Counted from the stretch's first letter, positions 24,505 through 35,378 are shown. The stretch is 64,000 bases of DNA from Actinopolymorphaceae bacterium (GCA_036786375.1 DAIQRJ010000007.1:1206-65205), one strand, 5' to 3'. Made by a program: numbers and translations. Notes: generated by a model not told the origin, from the sequence alone.

Positions 24505-25757
24505 CTGCGGACTCTAGTGCCCCGCCCAGTCAGCCACCACAGCGTCGAGCCGACCGCGCCGGTGAGTCCGAACCAAGCCACCGACAACGCGAGCGTGGAC
24601 AGCGCCGGCGCCCCGATCAGCGACAGCCGCCCATGGCCCCAGGCACCGCCGGAGAACAGGATGAGGCCCGTCGTCAGGACCGCCGCGGCCAGCCCGGTGA
24701 GGACGCCCCGCAGCGCGGCGCGGTCGATCGGAAGCGCACGCCAGTCGTCGCCGTGCCGCACCGCGTACCGGAGTGCGCCGGCGAGCCCGAGAGCCCCGGC
24801 GACGACCGCTATCGCATACGCGAACGCCATTGTCACCGGCGGCTGACCGGGGCTGGGCAGCGCGGCGAGGAGCGGCAGCGCGGGCACCTTGCCGAGTTCC
24901 ACCACCATCGGGGACACCAGGGTCTGCGTGCCGATCGCGAAGCCGGGCCCGAGCAGGTAGGCCGCGCCGAAGGCGGCCGCGTTCGGGAGCAGTGCCACGC
25001 AGACCAGGGCCAGCACGACGGCCGAGAACCAGCCGCCGTGATAGAGCCCGAACAGCACGCCGACGCGCTGATGGTGCAGGACGAGGCTGACGACCGTGAG
25101 GACGAGGCCGCCGGCGACGATCGCACCCGTGGCCACCAGCGCGCCGACCGCACCGGCACGCACCGGCATCGGGAGCAGCACGCGGAGTTCGCCGACGAGC
25201 TGGGGCGTGCGACGCAACACCCCGGCACCGCCGGCCAGGACGGCGATGACGAAGCCGGCGACGAACGCCAGCATCGGGTTGGCATGTGAGCCGGCACCCG
25301 CGGACAGCGCGGCCGTGAGCAGGAGCCCGGCTCCGTAGACGCCGCCGAGCCCGGTGGCCGCCTTCGCGGCGTCGAGCCAGTTCAGGATCAGCGCGTGCCG
25401 GGCCAGCTGGCCGCCGGCGGCGACGAGGGTGCCCACGATCGCGATCGTGATGCCGAGCGGCGCGACGGTCATCGGGTTGCCGTACACCGTCACCGGGACG
25501 TGGTGACCGGCCAGCCACAGGTGCAGGCCGACCCGCATCGCATCGGGCGCCGAACCGCCGTCGCCGTTCCAGGTGGAGGTCAACCACGACAACACGGCGA
25601 GTCCGGCGAACGGGACGATGCCGAGGATGAGTGCACCGGCACCGGCCAGTACCGCCACCACCGACAGCGGCCGGTGCTCGTGGCCGGGCGCTCCACTGGG
25701 CATCAACGCCCGTCCGGGACTGCTCGGTCGGGATGCGAGGACGATCACCGTCCCCAT
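24501..25757 (-). CDS. Polytopic membrane protein, PerM/DUF6350-like
   Basis: 418 aa with at least 10 hydrophobic helices. It sits immediately upstream of sucD, as I recall for M. tuberculosis perM. The assignment is by context and topology only. Confidence 0.55.
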   Translation of the reverse strand: MGTVIVLASRPSSPGRALMPSGAPGHEHRPLSVVAVLAGAGALILGIVPFAGLAVLSWLTSTWNGDGGSAPDAMRVGLHLWLAGHHVPVTVYGNPMTVAPLGITIAIVGTLVAAGGQLARHALILNWLDAAKAATGLGGVYGAGLLLTAALSAGAGSHANPMLAFVAGFVIAVLAGGAGVLRRTPQLVGELRVLLPMPVRAGAVGALVATGAIVAGGLVLTVVSLVLHHQRVGVLFGLYHGGWFSAVVLALVCVALLPNAAAFGAAYLLGPGFAIGTQTLVSPMVVELGKVPALPLLAALPSPGQPPVTMAFAYAIAVVAGALGLAGALRYAVRHGDDWRALPIDRAALRGVLTGLAAAVLTTGLILFSGGAWGHGRLSLIGAPALSTLALSVAWFGLTGAVGSTLWWLTGRGTRVRR

Positions 25758-25788
25758 GGTGTCAGCGGGCGGCGGTCCGGCCGGGGAT

Positions 25789-26676
25789 TTACACGCCCTG
25801 CAGGATGGTCCGCATCAGCTCGGCGGTCGCGCTCGGCGTCTTGCCGACCTTCACCCCGGCCGCCTCGAGGGCTTCCTTCTTCGCCTGCGCGGTTCCCGAC
25901 GATCCGGAGACGATCGCGCCCGCGTGGCCCATCGTCTTGCCTTCGGGTGCGGTGAAGCCGGCGACGTAGCCGACGACGGGCTTGGTCACGTTCGTCCGGA
26001 TGAAGTCGGCCGCGCGTTCTTCGGCGTCGCCGCCGATCTCGCCGATCATCACGATCGCCAAGGTGTCCGGGTCGGCCTCGAACGCCTCGAGTGCGTCGAT
26101 GTGGGTGGTGCCGATGATGGGGTCACCGCCGATGCCGATGGCGGTGGAGAAGCCGATGTCACGCAGCTCGTACATCATCTGGTAGGTCAGGGTGCCGGAC
26201 TTGCTGACGAGCCCGATCGGCCCGGTGCCGCTGATGTTCGCCGGGGTGATGCCGGCGAGGGACTCCCCCGGCGTGATGATGCCCGGACAGTTCGGGCCGA
26301 TGATGCGGGTCTTGTTGCCCTTCGCCTGGGCGTGCGCCCAGAACTCCGCGGAGTCCTGCACGGGCACGCCCTCGGTGATGATCACGAGCAGCGCGATCTC
26401 GGCGTCGATGGCTTCCAGTGCGGCGTCCTTGGCGAACGGCGCCGGCACGAAGCTGATCGACACGTCCGCACCGGTGGCCTCGATCGCCTCCGCGACGGTG
26501 CCGAAGACCGTGAGGTCACGGCCCTCGTGCGTCACCGTCTGGCCGGCCTTGCGCGCGTTGACGCCGCCGACGACGTTGGTGCCGGCCCTGAGCATCAGCG
26601 GGGTGTGCTTGGAGCCCTCGCCGCCGGTGATGCCCTGGACGATGACCTTGGAGTCCTTGGTCAGAAAGATCGACAT
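25789..26676 (-). CDS. sucD: Succinate--CoA ligase subunit alpha
   Basis: Starts [25 protein letters not shown] and contains GHAGAIVSG (phosphohistidine loop). Confidence 0.95.
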   Translation of the reverse strand: MSIFLTKDSKVIVQGITGGEGSKHTPLMLRAGTNVVGGVNARKAGQTVTHEGRDLTVFGTVAEAIEATGADVSISFVPAPFAKDAALEAIDAEIALLVIITEGVPVQDSAEFWAHAQAKGNKTRIIGPNCPGIITPGESLAGITPANISGTGPIGLVSKSGTLTYQMMYELRDIGFSTAIGIGGDPIIGTTHIDALEAFEADPDTLAIVMIGEIGGDAEERAADFIRTNVTKPVVGYVAGFTAPEGKTMGHAGAIVSGSSGTAQAKKEALEAAGVKVGKTPSATAELMRTILQGV

Positions 26677-26723
26677 GGTGTGTTCTCTTCTCGGCTTCTG
26701 GGCTGCTGAGTCGGTCCGGTCGG

Positions 26724-27887
26724 TTATCGGCTGGCCAGCTCGGCGGCACGGTCGGCGGCGCCGTCCATGGTGTCGACCACCGTCACGAGCGGGTGCGCGG
26801 CCGCTGCGAGGATCGCGTGGCCGTCCTCGACCTTGTTGCCGTCCAGCCGGACGACGAGCGGCTTCGAGGCCGCGTCGCCGAGGATCTGCAGGGCGCTGAC
26901 GATGCCGTTGGCGACCGCGTCGCAGGACGTGATGCCGCCGAAGACGTTGACGAACACGACCTTGACCTGCGAGTCGCCGAGGATCACGTCGAGGCCGTTG
27001 GCCATCACCTCGGCCGAGGCGCCGCCACCGATGTCGAGGAAGTTGGCGGGCCTGACGCCGCCGTAGACCTCGCCGGCGTACGCGACGACGTCGAGGGTGG
27101 ACATGACCAGCCCCGCGCCGTTGCCGATGATGCCGACCTGGCCGTCGAGCTTGACGTAGTTCAGCCCCTTGGACTTCGCCTTGGCCTCGAGGACGTCGGT
27201 GGCCGCGCTGTCCTCGAACGCGGCGTGGTCGGGGTGCCGGAATTCGGCGTTCTCGTCGAGGGAGACCTTGCCGTCGAGTGCTTCCAGCGTTCCGTCACCC
27301 AGCAGCGCGAGCGGGTTGACCTCGACCAGCGTCGCGTCCTCCTCGACGAACACGGTCCACAGCGACTTGGCCAGGGCGATCGCGCCGTCGGTCAGCTCGG
27401 CCGGGAACCCGGCGGTCGCGACGATCTCGCGCGCTTTCGCGTCGTCGACTCCGACACCGGGATCGATCGGGATCTGCTTCACCGCGTCCGGGTTCGTGTG
27501 CGCGACCTCTTCGATCTCGACGCCGCCCTCGACGCTCGCGATGCAGAGATAGGAGCGGTGCGTGCGGTCGACCAGGTAGGAGAAGTAGTACTCGGCCTTG
27601 ATATCGGCGGCCGGCGCGATCAGCACCCGGTTCACCGTCAGGCCCTTGATCTGCATGCCGAGGATGTCGGTGGCCCGGTCGAACGCGTCGTCGGGGGTCG
27701 GGGCGAGCTTCACTCCGCCGGCCTTGCCGCGACCGCCGGCCTTGACCTGGGCCTTCACGACCACCGCGGTACCGATCTGCTCGGCGCCGGCTCTCGCCTC
27801 GTCGGGAGTCTGCGCGACCACTCCGACGGTGACGGCGACGCCGTGCCTGGCGAAGAGCTCCTTCGCCTGGTATTCCATGAGGTCCAC
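26724..27887 (-). CDS. sucC: Succinate--CoA ligase subunit beta
   Basis: Reads [17 protein letters not shown]...[21 protein letters not shown] 27887 is preceded by GAGGAA. The upstream part of ORF 26724..28484 is Arg-rich shadow. Confidence 0.95.
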   Translation of the reverse strand: MDLMEYQAKELFARHGVAVTVGVVAQTPDEARAGAEQIGTAVVVKAQVKAGGRGKAGGVKLAPTPDDAFDRATDILGMQIKGLTVNRVLIAPAADIKAEYYFSYLVDRTHRSYLCIASVEGGVEIEEVAHTNPDAVKQIPIDPGVGVDDAKAREIVATAGFPAELTDGAIALAKSLWTVFVEEDATLVEVNPLALLGDGTLEALDGKVSLDENAEFRHPDHAAFEDSAATDVLEAKAKSKGLNYVKLDGQVGIIGNGAGLVMSTLDVVAYAGEVYGGVRPANFLDIGGGASAEVMANGLDVILGDSQVKVVFVNVFGGITSCDAVANGIVSALQILGDAASKPLVVRLDGNKVEDGHAILAAAAHPLVTVVDTMDGAADRAAELASR

Positions 27888-27991
27888 GCGGAGTTTCCTC
27901 TCGTCGAGATACGAGCTGTGTCGGTTTGGGAGGCCGAATGGGAACTGTCTGAATAGACGCCCCCGGCAGCGGGGTCGGCGCCGCCCAGACT

Positions 27992-28429
27992 CTAGCCCTG
28001 CCCGGATGTGCCCATCGTTGCGGCCGGACCGGGCTCGTCGCCACCCAGGTGCGTGTGCACCCAGTCGACGATCGCCGAGGTCGGTGCGCCGGGAGTGAAG
28101 ATGGCGGCGACGCCGAGCTCGCGAAGTGCGGCGATGTCGTCCTCGGGCACGATCCCGCCGCCGAACACGACGATGTCGTCGGCGCCGCGGTCGCGCAGCA
28201 GGTCGAGCACGCGTGGAAACAGGGTCATGTGCGCGCCGGAGAGGATCGAGAGGCCGATCGCGTCCGCGTCCTCCTGGATCGCGGTGGCCACGATCTGCTC
28301 CGGCGTCTGGTGCAGGCCGGTGTAGATGACCTCGACCCCCGCGTCGCGCAGCGCCCGCGCCACGACCTTCGCGCCACGGTCGTGTCCGTCGAGTCCGGGC
28401 TTCGCTACGACGATGCGGATCCGGCTCAT
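27992..28429 (-). CDS. Acyl-CoA mutase small subunit (cobalamin-binding domain)
   Basis: Reads [47 protein letters not shown], which includes the DxHxxG B12 motif. About 145 aa. Confidence 0.9.
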   Translation of the reverse strand: MSRIRIVVAKPGLDGHDRGAKVVARALRDAGVEVIYTGLHQTPEQIVATAIQEDADAIGLSILSGAHMTLFPRVLDLLRDRGADDIVVFGGGIVPEDDIAALRELGVAAIFTPGAPTSAIVDWVHTHLGGDEPGPAATMGTSGQG

Positions 28430-28749
28430 GTCCGGCAGCGTAAACCCACTGCGCCCGCACTTCGACGAGCCCGGGAGAGCGCACATCGGCCGCAGATCGG
28501 CCCGTCCGGCAGCCCGCCCGGCAGCCTCCGGACGCGCTCGCGGACGACCCATTTGGGCGGAAGTTGCTGTGACCTTGACCACGCTGCCGCGACTGGACCA
28601 GTCATCGGTGTTATCCGAACGTGATCATTCGGTTAGCGTGGACGGCGTTGTCAGTAGGGCCCTCGGGACCGTTCTTCGCTCCCGGACATGCCCTCCCTGA
28701 ACGTGCACCGCGTGGGGGCGGGACGTGTTCGACGAGCGAAAGGTCGCCT

Positions 28750-29658
28750 GTGCGAGACGATTCAGCACGAGCTGTTCACACGTCTGCCACCGAGCCCGGA
28801 CGGCACGCGAAGCCCGGCCGGCACCGCAAGGTCAGGGCCCGCGCCCGTGTCCTCGGACTGCCGCTGGTGCCCACCATCGGGATCGCCGGCGCGCTGGCGC
28901 TGGTCGCCGGCGGTACCGCTGCCGCGGCCACCGGTTCGGCCACCTCCAGCACGTCGCTGGCGTCCGGCAGCATGAACGCCGCAGCCCAGGACACCGCCCG
29001 CACGGCAGCCGCCGACCGGGCCGACCGAACCCGCACCGACCAGGCGAGCGCCGCCGCGGCAGCGCGTAGGAAGACCGCGGAACAGCGCGTCGCCTGGGCC
29101 AAGAAGACGGCCGCGACGCAGCGCTCGCTGGTACAGAAGCTCAGCACCGAGATCGTCAACAAGAACCAGGTCGACCTGACCGCGTCGACGCTCGCCCGCA
29201 AGAAGGCCGCCGCCACGAAGATCACGGCTGTAGCCGGTGCAGCCGGAGTGAGCACGAGCGGCCGGTACGTGCTGCCCGTGAGCTCCGGCGTCAACCGCGA
29301 CACCTTCGGCACGACCGGCCCGCACTGGGCGAGCCGGCACACCGGCCAGGACTTCCCGGTCGCGCTCGGCACCGGCGTCCGCGCCGTCGGCTCCGGCAAG
29401 GTCCTCGAGACCGGCTGGGCCGGCGCGTTCGGCAACCGGATGAAGCTCCTGCTCGACGACGGGACCGAGATCTGGTACTGCCACCTCTCGTCCTACGTCG
29501 TGACGAGCGGCCGCGTGAGCGCCGGGGAGATCGTCGCGCGCTCGGGCAGCACCGGCAACTCGACCGGGCCGCACCTGCACATGGAAGTGCACCTCAAGCA
29601 GAACCCGGTGGCATCGGATCCGCTGAACTGGCTGCGCTCCAAGGGCCTGTCGATCTGA
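28750..29658 (+). CDS. M23-family metallopeptidase (peptidoglycan endopeptidase-like)
   Basis: C-terminal HTGQDFPV...GSTGNSTGPHLHMEVH motifs. One N-terminal TM helix and an Ala-rich coiled region. GTG 28750 is preceded by GAAAGG. Confidence 0.85.
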   Translation: MRDDSARAVHTSATEPGRHAKPGRHRKVRARARVLGLPLVPTIGIAGALALVAGGTAAAATGSATSSTSLASGSMNAAAQDTARTAAADRADRTRTDQASAAAAARRKTAEQRVAWAKKTAATQRSLVQKLSTEIVNKNQVDLTASTLARKKAAATKITAVAGAAGVSTSGRYVLPVSSGVNRDTFGTTGPHWASRHTGQDFPVALGTGVRAVGSGKVLETGWAGAFGNRMKLLLDDGTEIWYCHLSSYVVTSGRVSAGEIVARSGSTGNSTGPHLHMEVHLKQNPVASDPLNWLRSKGLSI

Positions 29659-29661
29659 CCC

Positions 29662-32202
29662 TCAGCCCACCTTCTCCACGGGGGCGTACCGCAGCAGCAG
29701 TTTCCGGACCCCGGACGAGCCGAAGTCGACGGTCGCCTGGGAGGACTCGCCGGCACCCGCGGTGGCGACGACCGTGCCCAGGCCGTACTTGTCGTGGGTG
29801 ACGCGGTCTCCCGGTGCGAGGTTCGGGATCGGGCCGACCCGCTTGGCTGCGCCGAAGCTCGGCGTCACCGCCGGCTGCCCGGTCGGACGAGGAGTCGAGC
29901 GCCGGCCGCCGTAGCGGCCCTGCTCGGCGGCCAGAGCCGAGGCCGACCGTGAGTTCCAGCTCGAGCTCGCCTGCTCGGTGCGCCGCCAGTCGACGAGCTT
30001 CTCCGGGATCTCGGTCAGGAACCGGCTGGCCGGGTTGGCCTGCGGTGCTCCCCACGCACTGCGCACCTGGGCCCGGGAGATGTGCAGCCGCTTGCGGGCG
30101 CGGGTGATCCCGACGTAGGCGATCCGGCGCTCCTCCTCGAGCTCGGCCGGATCGGCCAGCGACCGCGAGTGCGGGAACACCCCGTCCTCCAGCCCGGTGA
30201 GGAAGACGACGTCGAACTCCAGCCCCTTCGCGGTGTGCAGCGTCATCAGGGTGACGACGCCGTCGGTGTTCTCCGGGATCGCGTCGGCATCGGCGACCAG
30301 CGCCACCCGCTCGAGGAACGCCGGCAGCGAACCCGGCACCGGGTCGAAGGCCGCGTCGTCGTTCGGGTCGGTGACCTCGACGTCGACCTGCACCGCGACG
30401 CTGCCCGCCTCGGCCTCGGCCTGCTCGGTGAACTCACGCGCCACCGCGATCAGCTCGTCGAGGTTCTCCACCCGGGTGCCGTCCTGGGGGTCGTCGGAGT
30501 TCTCCAGCTCGGCCCGGTAGCCCGACAGGGTCAGCAGCGCTTCGACGATCTCGGCGGGCGCCTTGCCGTCGGCCACCATCTCGGTCAGCTCGTCGAGGAT
30601 CGCGACGAACGCGGCGATCGCCCTGGCCGAGCGGGTAGCCAGAGCGGGCATCTCCGGCACCCGGCGAAGCGCCTCGTTGAACGTGATGCCGGCACGGCCG
30701 GCCAGCGCCTGGATCTCTTCCTGGGCGCGGTCGCCGATGCCGCGCTTGGGCACGTTGAGGATGCGCAGCAGCGACACGGTGTCGGCCGGGTTGACCAGCA
30801 CGCGAAGGTAGGCCAGCGCGTCGCGGATCTCGCGCCGCTCGTAGAACCGCACCCCGCCGACGACCTTGTAGGCCATCCCGACCCGGATGAAGACCTCCTC
30901 GAAGACCCGGCTCTGCGCGTTCGTGCGGTAGAACACGGCCACATCCGAGGGCGTGATGGCTTTCGAGTCGACCAGCGAGTCGATCTCGTCGGCGACCCAC
31001 TGGGCCTCGTCGTGCTCGTCCTCGGCGACGTAGCCGATGATGGCGTCGCCGGCACCGGAATCGGTCCACAGGTTCTTCGGCCGGCGGCCGGCATTCAGCG
31101 CGATGACCGCGTTGGCCGCGGACAGGATCGTCTGGGTGGAGCGGTAGTTCTGCTCGAGCATGATCGTCGTGGAGTCGGGGAAGTCCTCCTCGAACTGCAG
31201 GATGTTGCGGATGGTCGCGCCCCGGAAGCCGTAGATCGACTGGTCCGCGTCGCCGACGACCATCAGCTCGGACGGCTCGCTCGGGCCCTTCGGGTCGGCG
31301 AGCTGCCGGACGAGCTCGTACTGCGCGTGGTTGGTGTCCTGGTACTCGTCGACGAGGACGTGGCGGAACCGGCGACGGTAGTGCTCGACGACGTCGGGGA
31401 ACGCCTGGAACAGGTTGACCGTCGTCATGATCAGGTCGTCGAAGTCCAGCGCGCCGGCCTGGCGGAGCCGTTGCTGGTAACCGGTGTAGGCCTGCGCGTA
31501 GATCTCGTCGAGCGGGCCGTCGGCGCGCTCGGCCGCCTGCTCGTGGTCGACCAGCTCGTTCTTGTGGTTGCTGATCCAGTTCAGGATCGCCCGCGGGCTG
31601 TGCCGTTTGAGGTCGAGATCGAGGTCGCGGCCGACCATCGAGATGAGCCGCCGGGAGTCGGCGTCGTCGTAGATGGAGAAGGAGCTGGAGAAGCCGAAAT
31701 GGCCGATCTCACGGCGGAGGATGCGCACGCAGGACGAGTGGAACGTGCTCACCCACATGCCGTTGACGCGACGGCCGACGAGCTCGCCGACCCGCTCGCG
31801 CATCTCGCCGGCAGCCTTGTTGGTGAACGTGATGGCGAGGACCGAGCCGGGGTGCGCGTGCCGGGGCCCGACGAGCCACGCGATCCGTCGGGTGAGCACA
31901 CGGGTCTTGCCCGAACCCGCGCCGGCGACGACGAGAAGCGGCTTGCCCTCGTGCACGACCGCGGCGCGCTGCGGTTCGTTCATGCCCTCGAGAATCGCCC
32001 GTGCAGCTTCGGTGTCGGCGTCGGTCGGGCGGTTGCCCGGCAGCACCGCGGGAGCGCCGCCGCCCGACCCGAGGCTCTCGCCCGCGCGGCGCGCGACCGG
32101 CTGACCGGGAACCTCGGAGTACCTCGAGAGCCGCTCGGCCAGCCGGGCCACCGCCGGCGACGGAGAACCCGGTCCGGCGGATTCCGAAGGCGTTTGCGGC
32201 AT
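29662..32202 (-). CDS. pcrA: ATP-dependent DNA helicase PcrA/UvrD
   Basis: Contains AGAGSGKTRVLT (Walker A), VDEYQDTN, and a C-terminal GDRVTHDKYGLGTVV domain. The start was chosen at MPQTPSES (codon 88 of the ORF). Confidence 0.9.
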   Translation of the reverse strand: MPQTPSESAGPGSPSPAVARLAERLSRYSEVPGQPVARRAGESLGSGGGAPAVLPGNRPTDADTEAARAILEGMNEPQRAAVVHEGKPLLVVAGAGSGKTRVLTRRIAWLVGPRHAHPGSVLAITFTNKAAGEMRERVGELVGRRVNGMWVSTFHSSCVRILRREIGHFGFSSSFSIYDDADSRRLISMVGRDLDLDLKRHSPRAILNWISNHKNELVDHEQAAERADGPLDEIYAQAYTGYQQRLRQAGALDFDDLIMTTVNLFQAFPDVVEHYRRRFRHVLVDEYQDTNHAQYELVRQLADPKGPSEPSELMVVGDADQSIYGFRGATIRNILQFEEDFPDSTTIMLEQNYRSTQTILSAANAVIALNAGRRPKNLWTDSGAGDAIIGYVAEDEHDEAQWVADEIDSLVDSKAITPSDVAVFYRTNAQSRVFEEVFIRVGMAYKVVGGVRFYERREIRDALAYLRVLVNPADTVSLLRILNVPKRGIGDRAQEEIQALAGRAGITFNEALRRVPEMPALATRSARAIAAFVAILDELTEMVADGKAPAEIVEALLTLSGYRAELENSDDPQDGTRVENLDELIAVAREFTEQAEAEAGSVAVQVDVEVTDPNDDAAFDPVPGSLPAFLERVALVADADAIPENTDGVVTLMTLHTAKGLEFDVVFLTGLEDGVFPHSRSLADPAELEEERRIAYVGITRARKRLHISRAQVRSAWGAPQANPASRFLTEIPEKLVDWRRTEQASSSWNSRSASALAAEQGRYGGRRSTPRPTGQPAVTPSFGAAKRVGPIPNLAPGDRVTHDKYGLGTVVATAGAGESSQATVDFGSSGVRKLLLRYAPVEKVG

Positions 32203-32308
32203 GGTGTGCTCAACCCTAACCGCGACGTCGGACAACCGGCCCGGTCGTCCGCGGCGGCCCCGGATCGAACAACGGGCCGTCCCCGCCGGTGGCCGATAGG
32301 CTGCGCGG

Positions 32309-33076
32309 ATGACCACGGACCCAGGCGACGACATAGCCGCCGCCCGCCCGGTGACGGTGATCCCGGACGAGGAGATCGAGCGGGTTCTCGTCGTCGCCGC
32401 GCACCCCGACGACGCCGACTTCGGCTCGGCCGGGACGGTGGCGATCTGGACCGAGCGCGGCATCGACGTCAGCTACCTCATCCTCACCGACGGCCAGGCC
32501 GGCGGCTTCGACGAGAGCACCGACCGTGCCGAGATCCCGGCGATCCGCCGGGCCGAGCAGACGAAGGCGGCGGCCGAGGTCGGTGTCACCGACGTCCGCT
32601 TCGCGGGCTACATCGACGGCGAGCTCGAGGTCACGCATGCGCTCGTGCGCGACATCGTCCGGGTCATCCGCCAGGTCCGTCCGCAGCGGATGGTCTTCCA
32701 GAGCCCGGCCCGACGCTTCGACGTCGTCGCGGCCAGCCATCCCGACCACCTCGCGGCCGGCGAGGCGAGCATCCGGGCCCTCTACCCGTTCAGCCGGAAC
32801 CCGTTCGCCTACCCCGACCTGGTCGCCGACGAGAAGCTCGAGGCCTGGACGGTGCGGGAGATGTGGCTCACCGCGCACCCCACCCAGAACCACGCAGTGG
32901 ACGTCACCGATGTCGTAGAAGCCAAGTTGGCAGCCATATTCGCGCATGAGTCTCAGCATGCTGATCCCGCCTTGGTCCGTGGCTGGATGGACGTCTGGCT
33001 GACGTCGGTGGCCGCTGAGTTCGGCCTCGGTGAGGGTCGGCTGGCCGAAGGGTTCGCCGTCTTCCCGACCGGCTGA
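32309..33076 (+). CDS. PIG-L/LmbE-family deacetylase
   Basis: Contains VLVVAAHPDDADFGSAGT and a later HPDH motif. Confidence 0.8.
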   Translation: MTTDPGDDIAAARPVTVIPDEEIERVLVVAAHPDDADFGSAGTVAIWTERGIDVSYLILTDGQAGGFDESTDRAEIPAIRRAEQTKAAAEVGVTDVRFAGYIDGELEVTHALVRDIVRVIRQVRPQRMVFQSPARRFDVVAASHPDHLAAGEASIRALYPFSRNPFAYPDLVADEKLEAWTVREMWLTAHPTQNHAVDVTDVVEAKLAAIFAHESQHADPALVRGWMDVWLTSVAAEFGLGEGRLAEGFAVFPTG

Positions 33077-33109
33077 CCCGGTCCTGTTCTACACGGCTGC
33101 TCTACTCGG

Positions 33110-33760
33110 CTAGAGGAGTCGCCGGTCCGCCGCCCAACGGGTGAGTTCGTGCCGGGACGACAGCTGCAGCTTGTGCAGGACATGCGAGACGTGGGTCTCG
33201 ACGGTCTTGACCGAGATGAAGAGCTCCTTGGCCACCTCCTTGTAGGCGTAGCCGCGGGCGATCAGGCGCATCACCTCCCGCTCGCGCGGCGAGAGCCGGT
33301 CGAGGTCGGAATCGATCGCCGGCACGTCGATCGCCCCGGCGAACGCGTCCAGCACGAACCCGGCCAGGCGTGGCGAGAACACCGCATCGCCGCCCGCGAC
33401 CCGCTCGATCGCGTCCACGAGCTCGGGCCCGGTGATCGTCTTGGTGACGTAGCCGCGGGCACCCGCGCGGATGACGCCGATGACGTCCTCGGCAGCGTCG
33501 GAGACCGACAGCGCCAGGAAAGCCGTGACCGTGCCGCGCTCGAGCACGCGTCGGACGACCTCGGTGCCGCCGCCGCCGGGCATGTGGACGTCGAGCAGCA
33601 CGACGTCGGGCGGGTCGGCCAGGATCGCCGCGACGGCGGAGTCGACGTCCTCGGCCTCCCCGACGACCTCGACGGCGTCGCCGAGTTCGGTGCGGACGCC
33701 GGTGCGGAACATCGCGTGGTCGTCGACGATCAGGACACGACGGCGACTCGGTTCGCTCAC
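33110..33760 (-). CDS. LuxR/NarL-family response regulator
   Basis: Receiver domain reads RVLIVDDHAMFR...LLDVHMPGGGG. The HTH reads LSPREREVMRLIARGYAYKEVAKELFISVKTVETHV. The GTG start overlaps the kinase stop by 4 nt. Confidence 0.9.
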   Translation of the reverse strand: MSEPSRRRVLIVDDHAMFRTGVRTELGDAVEVVGEAEDVDSAVAAILADPPDVVLLDVHMPGGGGTEVVRRVLERGTVTAFLALSVSDAAEDVIGVIRAGARGYVTKTITGPELVDAIERVAGGDAVFSPRLAGFVLDAFAGAIDVPAIDSDLDRLSPREREVMRLIARGYAYKEVAKELFISVKTVETHVSHVLHKLQLSSRHELTRWAADRRLL

Positions 33761-35181
33761 GTGGGCTGCCTCTCGGGGGTACGTGCTGCGCGGTCGGTGC
33801 CGGTGGTCGTGCCGGCGTCGGCCGGGGCGTCGGGCTTCGGCGCGGGCGACGGTGGCGTCGGGCGCAGCGGCATCCGCAGCCGGACCTCGGTGCCGTAGCC
33901 GGCTTCGCTGCGGATCACCGCGGTCCCGCCGTGGCGTTGCATCCGGGCGAAGATACTGCCGCGGACCCCCATCCGCTGGTCGGCGACCGTCTCGGGGTCG
34001 AAGCCGGGACCGCGGTCGCGGACGAACAGCTCGACGTCGGCCGGGGTCACCTCGGCGTACACATCGACGGTGTCGCAGCCGGAGTGCTTGGCCGCGTTCA
34101 CGCAGGCCTCGCGCCCGGCCGCGACGAGCGGATCGAGCTGGTCGGTCATCGGCAGGTCGCCGACGCAGACGACCTCGACGGCGACCGCGTACTCGTCCTC
34201 GACGTCGGCGGCGAAGGCGCGCACCGCCTGCGCGAGCGTGGCGGTGTCGTTGCGGCGCTGCCCGTAGTAGAGCCAGCCGCGCAGGTCGCGCTCCTGCGCC
34301 CGTGCAAGCCGAGCGACCGCCTTCGGGTCCTGCACCTGCTGTTGAATCAGCGCGAGCGTCTGCAGGACCGAGTCGTGCAGGTGTGCGGCCATGTCGGCGC
34401 GCTCCTGGGTGCGGATCCGCTCGGACCGCTCCGCCTCGAGCTCACGGACGAGCCGCTGCACCCACGGCGCGGCCAGCAGGCCGACACCGCCCAGGACGCA
34501 GACGGCGCCAAGCAGCACACCGCCCGGTCCCGTCGTGACTGTCGCCTGGAGCGCGAGCAGGGTGACGGCCGCGGCGACCAGGACGAACCCGGCGACGACG
34601 CGGACGATCGTGAGAGTCCGCGCCCGCCGGCTGACCGGCTTGGAGTCGGTGTCGTCGGCCTGGCGCCACACGAGGACGACGGCGACCGCGACGAGCAGGA
34701 GCGGGATGAGCAGCTGCGGCCGGACCCCGATGCCCAGGACCTGGGCGAGCACGACGAGGCCGATCCCGACTGCGCCGAGGGCGACGACCTGACCGGTGAG
34801 ATCGCTGCGGAGCCCGCGTGTGCTGACGGGTCCGACCGGGAGCAGCCGGCCCAGGCCGGGGATCCGCATGCCGGCCCGGCTGGCCGCCGACAGACCCGGC
34901 GGCTCGTCGAGGGCATGGCCGCGCTGCGGCGGGAGCAGGAACCAGAGGATGAGGTAGGCGACGATGCCCGCGCCGGAGCTGACCGCGAGCACGACCATGA
35001 CGACCCGCACGATCCACACCGAGACGTGCAGGTGGGCCGCGAGCCCCGAGCACACCCCGGCGATCAGGCGGTCGTCGACGTGCCGGTAGGCCTTGCGAAC
35101 CGGCGGCAAGGTGGATACCGGCACCGGCACCCGCGACGGGTCGGACGCGTCGGAGGTTGTCGGATCCGGTGTCGTCGTCAT
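33757..35181 (-). CDS. Sensor histidine kinase with N-terminal PspC domain
   Basis: PspC motif reads RHVDDRLIAGVCSGLAAHLHVSVWIVRVVMVVL, followed by several TM helices. The HisKA_3 H-box is AAHLHDSVLQTLALI, followed by a GHKL ATPase domain. The ATG is preceded by GGGGAGG. Confidence 0.85.
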   Translation of the reverse strand: MTTTPDPTTSDASDPSRVPVPVSTLPPVRKAYRHVDDRLIAGVCSGLAAHLHVSVWIVRVVMVVLAVSSGAGIVAYLILWFLLPPQRGHALDEPPGLSAASRAGMRIPGLGRLLPVGPVSTRGLRSDLTGQVVALGAVGIGLVVLAQVLGIGVRPQLLIPLLLVAVAVVLVWRQADDTDSKPVSRRARTLTIVRVVAGFVLVAAAVTLLALQATVTTGPGGVLLGAVCVLGGVGLLAAPWVQRLVRELEAERSERIRTQERADMAAHLHDSVLQTLALIQQQVQDPKAVARLARAQERDLRGWLYYGQRRNDTATLAQAVRAFAADVEDEYAVAVEVVCVGDLPMTDQLDPLVAAGREACVNAAKHSGCDTVDVYAEVTPADVELFVRDRGPGFDPETVADQRMGVRGSIFARMQRHGGTAVIRSEAGYGTEVRLRMPLRPTPPSPAPKPDAPADAGTTTGTDRAARTPERQPT

Positions 35182-35378
35182 CGCGCCTCCCCGATCGTCG
35201 CCAGCCGGTCGCCTGCAGGCCCGGTTGTTCGAGCTTGCCTCCAGCGTCACACGCACGGGCCCATGCGGCTACCCGGACATGGCCCCACCGGGCCCCCGGG
35301 GTAGACCCCGCGGAGGTGAGGGTCGCGTCAGGGGCGATCCCGATGGTGGCAGCCTCGACGGTCCCGCAGGCTGATGCC

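Noticed and set aside
28430-28749. A possible cyclic-di-AMP (ydaO-type) riboswitch upstream of the M23 peptidase gene.
   Set aside because: The region has a CCGAA...TTCGG hairpin and G-rich runs. I could not find the conserved ydaO blocks as I remember them (GGGGGACCCA, GGGGTGAATC, AGCTAACC). A covariance-model scan would be needed to revive this idea.
30082-32949. Very long ORFs antisense to or out of frame with real genes. Examples: 30082..32949 (+), 37227..39914 (+), 6927..8633 (-), 59094..60773 (+), 1214..2377 (+), 41924..43516 (-), 51386..53194 (+).
   Set aside because: Their translations are Arg/Pro/Gly/Asp-rich and low-complexity, with no recognisable motifs. Each lies opposite or overlapping a gene with clear homology. 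They are typical shadow ORFs of high-GC DNA.
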